Shown here one piece after another: positions 1-8,818 of a DNA stretch of 64,000 bases (position 1 is its first letter; each line of letters opens with the position of its first letter). Location of the stretch: NCBI RefSeq assembly GCF_006345805.1, contig NC_042997.1:91884001-91948000 (forward strand), in the 5' to 3' direction. Origin of the DNA: Octopus sinensis. Taxonomy: Eukaryota. The position numbers were made by a program, and so were the translations under genes. The notes under the pieces were generated by a model. The model searched no databases, was not told the origin of the DNA, and worked only from the letters and a program-made list of their open reading frames with translations.

Positions 1-419
1 GATGATGGTGAGAGCAAGTGGTGTGAAAGACAGTGGTGATGATGGTGGAGGGGAAGGTGGCAAAGTAAAAGATAGTGGTGGTGGTGGCATCAGAAGTCTG
101 AACAGTGTGTGTATGGCAGTTGTGATGGCGATGGTGAGGGTTGAAAATGATTAACAAAAAGAGAGAGGGAAAAAAAAAGAGGTTAGACAGAAAAAAAATT
201 GTATATGACACCCGAATGGGAAGACAGAAAAATATCTTTCATGCAATAAGTTCCAAGTCAACAAATTATATCATTGTTTTGGTGAAATTTATTCAATGCT
301 TGAAAAATATTTAATATGTACTCAATGCATGAAGTGTCATTGTTGGGCCCAAGGCATAATGAAGAGCCCTCAACAGGAGCTAGCTTAAAAGCCACCCGAT
401 AGGGCAGCGTTTAAGCTAG

Positions 420-422
<3 letters not shown>

Positions 423-477
<55 letters not shown>
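423..477. repeat. (TA)n microsatellite
   Basis: Pure TA run; similar runs near 3528, 5366, 5889, 14337, 37326 and 52310. Confidence 0.95.
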
Positions 478-479
<2 letters not shown>

Positions 480-976
480 ACTTATAAACAAGGGCAAAAG
501 AAAAAAATTCCAATGCCAAATATGCCGAAAATAGACTTAATCGTCAAAAACCATATAATTTATCTCTATAAGCACGCGTCTCGAAAGCAAGCTGACAGAA
601 ATTTCTAAAAAATTTCGTTATTATCGAATCGGCCCCAATTTCTGAGTTAATTCATTTAGAATTTTCTCGTCATCAGCGATAAATACGATAAGAAAATAAA
701 TGAGATACTTACTTGTACCCATGGAAGAAGTAAACACTAAGTCATGAGTACACTCAAGTACCCCAATTATATCCAAAATGGAAATTCTACAGCATACCTC
801 GAGACACGTGTGATCGGACTGAAAATTCTCATAGAGTGAGAGAATCCGGAAGTGAATAGTATTAGATTTACATCTCATATAGGATAAAATTTTCGAAAAA
901 ATTTTTTCAATGGCCAGCATATTAAAAAACAATACCTTTAAAGGTTAAATTTATTAACAACTTATAAACAAGGGCA
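477..976 (-). mobile_element. About 500-bp element bounded by 20-bp direct repeats within (TA)n; putative Penelope-type pLTR remnant
   Basis: acaacttataaacaagggca at 477-496 and 957-976; microsatellites on both sides; degenerate CTGATGA...GAGACGCGT on the minus strand. Confidence 0.45.
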
Positions 977-1434
977 TATATGTATGTATGTATCTATGTA
1001 TGTATGTATGTGTGTATATATATATATATATGTATATAAATATAAGTATGCATGTGTGTGTGTATATATATATATATACACACAAGCATACATATATTTA
1101 TTGATAGAGATGATGACAATGGTGATGATGATGATAACAATTATAATGACGACAATGATGTTGTTAGTTCGTTAGTTCATTAGTTCATTATAGAAATAAA
1201 ACAAGGGAGGATGTGGAAAAAAACAACCAAAACATAACAATCTATCCAAATTTACCCAGTAGTATTATTGTACATTGTACAATAAATGCTTACATAATGA
1301 AATCACATTATTACTAAGTAACACATCAGGAAAAATCATTATATTGGATTAGAATTAAAAGCACTGACTTCTTCCTCTGAGTTCTTTGTTCTAAGTAGCC
1401 TGATCTTGTTCTTATGAATTTGTCAATTTCAAGA

Positions 1435-1482
<48 letters not shown>

Positions 1483-1513
1483 TGTGTGTATTTTATATTT
1501 TACACAAACATTA

Positions 1514-1548
<35 letters not shown>
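1435..1548. repeat. (GT)n followed by (AC)n microsatellites
   Basis: Directly visible; the two tracts are complementary. Confidence 0.9.
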
Positions 1549-1697
1549 TGTTTTAAGAATTTTGCTTCTCATGCACATGCTTTCTGGGGTCAGTCTCACT
1601 GCATGGCAAGTGTCTTCTTTTCTAGGCCCAGGCCAGCCACAGCCTTGTGAGTCGATATGGTAAACAGAAACTGAAAGAAACCCACCATAAATATATA

Positions 1698-3250
1698 CGA
1701 GGTGGTATCAAAACGTTCCCAGACTAGTTCTGTAGCATACCAACAGATGACAGCACATGGTTGCATGTGCAGTGAGAGCTAGCAGTGGCCTTCATGAGGC
1801 AGTGTGCAAGTGACATCACTGTGTTTACTTTGCAAGTTGTGAAATTTGTGTTTTTGTGATAACGCATATGCTGTTGTCTGTGATTTTGTCATGGACAGGA
1901 AGGTGGAACAAAGAGCCAACGTGAAATTTGACACTAAACTTGGGAAGTCTGCTACAGAGAGTTGAGCATACTTCAGCAAGATTATGGCAACGAGGCAAGG
2001 GTTCATACACAATATTTTGAGTGGCATGTGTGCTTCAAAAGCAGAAGATAATGAGCGATCTAAAAGAGCATCACCCCAAGAAATGTGGACAAAATTCATC
2101 AGCTTGTGCATGAAGATTGTAGGAGGACAATCAACAACATTGCTAATGTTGGTCTGTTGTATGGATCTGTGCAGGTAATCCTAAAGTCTGAATTGAACAT
2201 GCAGTGTGTCTCTGCCAAGTTTTTCCCTCATCTACTGACCACTGAACAGAAAGAACGTTGCATTTGTAGGATTTGGAGTTATCTATCTCTGTGTGATATC
2301 TGCACTTGTAGGGTGCTCACACATTTCCCTACAATGTTGTAGAAAGGAATAAAATGGCAGGAACACGAATAGCTGAACAAATAACAATAATAGTTTATTA
2401 TTTCACAGAAGGAGATACTTCATCGCTGGTCATAGGTAGCATGAACGCCAGGGTTAGGAAAGCAGCAGAGTCAGATTAAATCACCATGGTTAAACAGTCT
2501 TCACCGCCCATGGAGTCTGATTCGCCCTTTGAGTCTGGTTTGCCCTTTGAGTCTGGTTCGCCCCTTCACTCGAAGCCTTGTCAGGACACGTCATAATTCC
2601 TTGACCGCCAAGAGCCAAGAGCCTTAGAATAGCAAGAAAGGCTAACCGCTCCTGATTACTGTGCATGCACATCAGGGGACTTCCGGCAGCCTACTAGAAA
2701 ACACCAAACATTGCACAGGCACTGATGGACATCCCAAAATGGTATCTAAAACATGGCGTCACTATACATTAAAGTCTGTCAAGATCGCCATCAGGGCACC
2801 ACTGATGACCCATCCTTCATGTTTAGGATCATCACCAGTGATGAGAATTTAGTCTATGCATATTACTCAGAGACAAAGCAGCCGTCATCACAATGGAAGA
2901 GCCCTTCATCTCTACAACCAAAGATGGCACAACAGAGCCACTCAAAAGCATGCTCATCATTTTTATCAACATCCATAATATTGTGCATTGAGAATTCGTC
3001 CCCCAGGGGCAGACTGTCAATCAAGAGTTCTACTGTGATGTTTTGAAGCATTTGAGCGAGGACACTTGGTGAAAGTGGCTGGATTGGTGAAGCACAAAGA
3101 ATTGGATTCATCATGGCAACATTACACCCTGTCACCAAGCTCTCCTAACTTGTGAGTTTCTCACCAAAAATAACATGGTATCACTTCCACACCCACCTTA
3201 TTCACCAGATTTAGCACTTGTGGACTTCCATCTCTTCCTCAAGAGAACTT
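1698..3250 (+). mobile_element. Degraded mariner transposon
   Basis: TA|CGAGG end; fragments EQRANVK..KLGKSATE, IITSDENLVYAYYSETKQPSSQWK (ITGDETW..YDPETK) and HPPYSPDLA..DFHLF. Confidence 0.85.
2265..2766 (-). mobile_element. Solo LTR (about 500 bp) inserted in a mariner remnant
   Basis: Termini TGTAG...CTATA (decayed CTACA); 4-bp TSD CATT (2261-2264 and 2767-2770); removing it restores the mariner reading ERCIKVCQD; internal 18-bp unit repeated three times. Confidence 0.7.
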
Positions 3251-3505
3251 TTTGATACCACCTCATATCTCTCTCTCTTGCTCTCTCTCTCTCCCTCTAT
3301 ATATATATATATATCTGTGTGTGTGTATATTCTTTTATTCTTTTATTTGTTTCAGTCATCTGACTGCAGCCATGCTGGAGCATCACCTTTAGTTGAAAAA
3401 TTCAACCCCAGGACTTATTCATTGTAAGCCTAGTACTTAATCTATCCGTCTCTTTTGCTGAAGTACTAAGTTAGGGGGACATAAACACACCAACACCTGT
3501 TGGCA

Positions 3506-3576
<71 letters not shown>

Positions 3577-3591
3577 ATATATATACATACA

Positions 3592-4041
3592 TACATATAA
3601 AGCTGAAATTGTCTGTATGTGTGTGTGTGTATGTGTAGCAGGTTTGGTAGCCTTCAACTAACATTATCTTCTCCGAGACCCTACGGCATAAGTTGACCAA
3701 AATTGAGAGTATGATAGAAGAAGGCTTGCTCTTCATTTTGTAGAAGAAAAAATTCAAATCAGACCATATTAAGACCAAAAATTATTTACATCAAAAAGGT
3801 GCTATTTTTCTATGAAATTCCCTATTTCTTTATGATTTTTTGACTGCTGTGTCACCATTTTTCAGTGTATTTCAACCAGAAAAATGTTCACTTAAAGAGA
3901 ATAACAAGCTACATAATGCAAAATTTTTACTTTTCAAAAAAGATTGAAACTATGTCAAAACTTTGTTAACGCGACATCAAAGTCTGACATTTTAAACAGA
4001 ACTAAAGAACAAACCTTAGCAACGCTGGGCTCTACTGCTAG
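3592..4041 (+). mobile_element. Non-autonomous Helitron-like element
   Basis: Starts atataaagctgaa and ends gcaacgctgggctctactgCTAG|T, the same 3' end type as the 29858 element. Confidence 0.6.
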
Positions 4042-4068
4042 TATATATAAATAAAATCAAAATAAGCA

Positions 4069-4152
4069 ACAGTACAACCGTTTCAAGTGACTCCATTTAA
4101 TTGAACAATACAATCATTACATCAATTTAAATGCAGGGCTATCATCAGCTGC
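4069..4152 (-). ncRNA. Degenerate type I hammerhead ribozyme-like motif
   Basis: Minus strand: GCAG-CTGATGA...catttaaattga/tcaattaaatg...GAAA-CGGTTG-TA-CTGT; stem I pairs 4 bp. Confidence 0.45.
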
Positions 4153-4474
4153 ATGAATAAATAAATAGAATTCTAATCAATCGGACACATTGATATAATT
4201 TTACTCAAATACTTTAACAGAGCACAAAGAGGGAAAAAAAAATCCATTTTGTTGCTATTGTAGCAAAGAATATACTACACTTCCAAGAAATACATGAATC
4301 TTTACTGGAGTCATAGCTTGTAAAGGATTGTGGTTCATTTTTAATTTATTAGTTTTTTTTGTTAACTATTAAATCTAAGACTAGAAGACTGTGTCTGTTC
4401 AGAACAAAGGGCAAGAGTGAGATGACAGCTCATGGCAAAGTATGGCCATAAATATTTTCAAGATTTTAGTAGTA

Positions 4475-4805
4475 GGAGTGGCTCTGTGGTAAGTGTCTTT
4501 TACTATAGCCTCAGGCCGACCAAAGCCTTCTAAGTGGATTTGGTAGATGGAAACTGAAAGAAGCCCATCGTATATATGTATATATATATGTATGTGTGTG
4601 TATATGTTTGTGTCTGTGTTTGTCCCCCCAACATCACTTGACAACTGATGCTGGTGCATTTATGTCCCCATAACTTAGTGGTTTGGCAAAAGACACCGAT
4701 AAAATAAGTCCTAGGCTTACAAAGAATAAGTCCTGGGGTCGATTTGCTCAACTAAAGGTAGTGCTCCAGCATGGCCACAGTCAAATGACTGAAACAAGTA
4801 AAAGA
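4475..4805 (+). mobile_element. SINE family A copy
   Basis: ggccgaccaaagcctt...ggaaactgaaagaagccc...ccagcatggccacagtcaaatgactgaaac shared with 7180-7550. Confidence 0.78.
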
Positions 4806-5362
4806 GTAGTAAATTGGGTATAAAGTATCTGTCTATAAAGGAGGCTGGGTAGGGGTATGTGTGTGAATGTGTTTGTGCATGCATATATCATATATATTAG
4901 AGAGACAGACAGAAGACATTTAATTCATATATACCTACATACAAACATACGTACATACATAAATATATGCATAAATACATGCATACATACATACATACAT
5001 ATATACATACATGCATATATACATGCATACATACATACATACATTCATACACACACACACAAAAGGTTAATTGATTGTATTATTGACTGCATCTTTATCT
5101 CTGGTCAACATGATTGTGTTTGTGAATATCTGAGTTTGAACTTGTTATGTAATCTTGATTGAGAAGACCTCCAATCAATAGTGATCCAGACATTCATCGA
5201 CAACTTTGTTTCTTAACATTTTGATGGACGTGACTGGGTGATAGAAATTTGTTTCTGAACCATATTGTTGCAGATTCAGTCATGCAGCATAGCATTTTGG
5301 GTAAGTGTCTTCTGCTACCAAGGCCTTATTAGTGAATTTGGTAAATGGAACCTGAAAGAAGC

Positions 5363-5415
<53 letters not shown>

Positions 5416-5595
5416 ATATATATGTATATAGATGTATATATATATCATATATATCATATAAGCACCATCCGCTCGTGTCCGTTGCCAGCCTCGCCTGGCC
5501 CCCGTGCTGGTGGCACGTAAAAGCACCATCCGTTCGTGGCTGTTTGCCAGCTCCGTCTGGCACCTGTTATTTATATTTTTATAATTGTACTTTAT

Positions 5596-5722
5596 AATCT
5601 TTGACGAGGCCTTGAGATATATATATAAGTACCTCATTTTTAACAGCATATTACCTCAATACATTTGACTAATATAGACAGAATGAGATACTTTTATCTA
5701 TAGGCTGAAACAGCTGTAAGGA
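5596..5722 (+). ncRNA. Degenerate type I hammerhead ribozyme-like motif (Penelope-type)
   Basis: (t)TGACGA-GGCCT...long stem II...AGGCT-GAAA-CAGCTG-TA; palindromic stem III; position C3 is T. Confidence 0.5.
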
Positions 5723-5886
5723 CCATTTTATGTGTATTATTCTTATGGCATTATTAATTTGCATATTGATGTACATTTTTTTGTTCGATTTGGATGTTCC
5801 TATTTATATAGTTAATAAATAATATGAAATGGTAATATCTATAAGTTGATGATTGAAATGAATTTTTTCTTCCATTTTTTATTTGT

Positions 5887-5931
<45 letters not shown>

Positions 5932-5934
<3 letters not shown>

Positions 5935-6813
5935 GGTGAGGTGAATAAACTGTCCTCTACATTACACATAAATGAAAATAAAACTGACATCTCATTTTAA
6001 CAGCTATATTTACCAAAATTGCATTAAAATTTCTAGGAATATTAAAGAGTATTAATCACTGTTGGCTTCAACCACGGCCTCCAAACGACTTCAGAATCTC
6101 CTGCAACTCTTCTGGGTGGTCTCCATGTTTAAGCTGGTGAATGCTGCCATAATCCTTGCCTTCAGTTCATCTTAGATGTTACAAGTTTTGTTGGTCTCTC
6201 ACTCAACTACACCCCACACATAATAATTAAGGGGGTTGCAGTCTGGAGAGTTAGGTGGCCAGATGTTAGGGATGTTGGGTTGCAGAAATTGTCTGACAGC
6301 CATGACTAGGTTCTCCTGCTTGTGTGGCATGGTGCAGAGTCCTATTGCCAGCCATAAGGTCTTCCAGCAGCCACCCTCTTGACCTAGGGCAGCACTACCT
6401 CTTCTAGGCACTTGATGTAGGCCTCCGTGTTGAATCTGAGGCTGTGTGGGAAGATGAATGGAGGCATAACGTTGGCATCACTAGTGATCACTCCAAACAC
6501 CATGATGTTGACTGGATGTTTGATTTTGATCACTCTCGGTACATGTTCTCAGATTGCACTGTCATCAGATTGCACAGTCCTCATATTGACACTCACTCTG
6601 AAATATTTGTATTGGAGCTTCAAGTGTGAATGCCAAGCAGTACAGCATGTCATTTCCAAATTATTAGCAGAGTGAATTGTATCATGGTACTGTTTTTCTC
6701 ACAGACGGTGTCCAACTGACCCTACTATACTGTGTAGTTGACAAAATATAAAACAAACATTGCACAACACAAAATTAAAAATATAAAGTGGCAACAATTT
6801 GCCCATCACACCC

Positions 6814-6815
<2 letters not shown>
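5932..6815 (-). mobile_element. Internally deleted Tc1/mariner element (maT/DD37D-like)
   Basis: CAGGGTG...CACCCTG termini in a (TA)n context; WPPNSPDCNPLNYYVWGVVE transposase motif. Confidence 0.8.
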
Positions 6816-6848
<33 letters not shown>

Positions 6849-6941
6849 TCATCATCGTTTAACATCCATTTTCCATGATAGCATGGGTTGGATGGTTCAA
6901 CTGGGGTCTGAGAAGCCAGGAGGCTGCACCAGGCTCCAGTC

Positions 6942-6979
<38 letters not shown>

Positions 6980-7179
6980 ATTTTTATATATGGGTGCAAG
7001 TGTGGCTGTGTGGTTAGAAGCTTGCTTCCCAACCACCTCGTTCCAGATTCAGTCCCTCAGCATGGCACCTTGGAGAAGTGTCTCTTACTATATTCTCAGG
7101 CTGACCCAAGCCTTCTGAGTGGATTTGGTACATGGAAACTGAAAGAAGCTTGTTGTGTATATATATATATTCTTTTTTC

Positions 7180-7550
7180 TTTTATTTATTTCAGTCGTTT
7201 GACTGCAGCCATGCTGGAGGACCGCTTTTAGTCAAACAAATCAACCCCAGGAGTTAATCTTTGTAAGCCTAGCACTTATTCTATCAGTCTCTTTTGTCGA
7301 ACCACTAAGTTTTGGGGACGTAAACGCACCAACATCGGTTGTCAAGCGATGGTGGGGGTACAAACACAGACACACAAACATATACATATATATATGACGG
7401 GCTTTTTTCAGTTTCCATCTACCAAATCCACTCACAAGACTTTGGCCAGCCTGAGGTTATAGTAGATGACACTTGCCCAAAATGCCATGCAGTTGGACTG
7501 AACCCTGGACCATGTGGTTGGTAAGCAAGCTACTTACCACACAGCCATTC
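7180..7550 (-). mobile_element. tRNA-derived SINE with CORE-like domain (family A), near full length
   Basis: Head ggctgtgtggtaag...gggttcagtcc (A/B box-like) and ttgggcaagtgtc CORE-like segment; further copies near 1560, 3330, 4475, 5240, 7000, 23240, 32115, 35965 and 48680. Confidence 0.8.
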
Positions 7551-7695
7551 CTATTTATGTGTGTGGCTTTATGTCTGTGTCTGTCCCCTACAACTGCTTG
7601 ACAACCAGCGGTGGTGTGTTTACGTCCCCGTAACCCGGCAGTTCGGTAAAAGAGATTGATAGAATAAGTACCATGCTTAAATATAAAACGATAAG

Positions 7696-8107
7696 GGATC
7701 TTTTCAGTTTGAACGGCAGTTTTTTCTAGCGGTGTCATATGAAATTGTCACCCATAATTATGACCCTAGTATCGATCTATTGCATTTCTATCTATTTTAG
7801 GGTTAGGGTTAGAGGTGGGAGAAGGGTATCTTTTTTTCTTCAGAAATGTAAATATACCCAATCTGTTTCTTAAACGAGGGACATTTGCATACGGCACAGA
7901 ATGTTTTCACCTCAATACACGTTATTAGTTGGTTGAAATTGCAGAAATTGAAGAAAAAAAAAAAATTCTTACAAACTATAGAATTTTCTCAATAAAGCCA
8001 AGAGAAAAAGATGTTTTATAAACACATTCTACCAGTATACGAAGTTTAAAAGTGTTTAGTTACGTGGAAATTATTTTTAAAAACTGCCGTTCAAACCGAA
8101 AAGATCC
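7696..8107. mobile_element. MITE, 412 bp, GGATC-terminated TIRs, 8-bp TSD
   Basis: TIR GGATCTTTTC(A/G)GTTTGAACGGCAGTTTT at both ends; TSD ACGATAAG at 7688-7695 and 8108-8115; inserted in a SINE. Confidence 0.9.
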
Positions 8108-8818
8108 ACGATAAGTACTGGAGTCGATTCATTCAACTAGAAAATTCTTCTAAGTGTTACCCCAGCATGACCATAGTCTAATGACTAAAACAAATAATAA
8201 ATAACAAATAAAAGATATGTATGTATGCATGCCTTTGTGTTTGTCTCCACCACCGTTTGATAACCGGTGTTGGTTTTTTTACGTCCCAGTAACTAGCGAT
8301 TCGTTCGACTAAAAACTCTTCAAGTCCGTACCCTAGCATGGCCGAAATCTAATGACTGAAACAAATAAAAAAATTTAAAATAATGATACTGTGTATTAAA
8401 CAATATTCTTCAATGAGTTCTTTTTTTTTTTTTTTTAGACGATACATTTTGCTCTGAGAGTGATTTAGCTTCTATTTCTAGCAGGTCTAGTGACTACATG
8501 GAAGCCGCTTTCTACGTGTCTCATTTCTGCATAGATGTTCAGTATTAAGATTTTAAAGTCGAAAGGATGCCTGCAGAAGTTTTAAAATATCTATGAGTGG
8601 GCGCGGTTAAAGTGAAGGGAAGTAACTCGTTTCATTCTATAGAGATAGAAATTACATTGTTGATAACCATGTTACTAGGGAGTTGTGGTTATGCTGAACA
8701 AAATAAAGACAATGTGTGACTGTTGACAGCTTTACAGCCATCTATTATGTAAAAAAGAAAGAAGACGTATGTGTGAACCAAATATATTTCACTGCCGTTC
8801 TATATCCGTGCCTTAAAG

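Noticed and set aside
2513-2566. Three 18-bp repeats resembling a mini-array
   Set aside because: Head-to-tail with no spacers, inside a solo LTR; not CRISPR.
984-7231. Many short ORFs rich in YI/CV/TH repeats
   Set aside because: They are translations of (TA)n, (GT)n and (CA)n microsatellites and SINEs, not genes.
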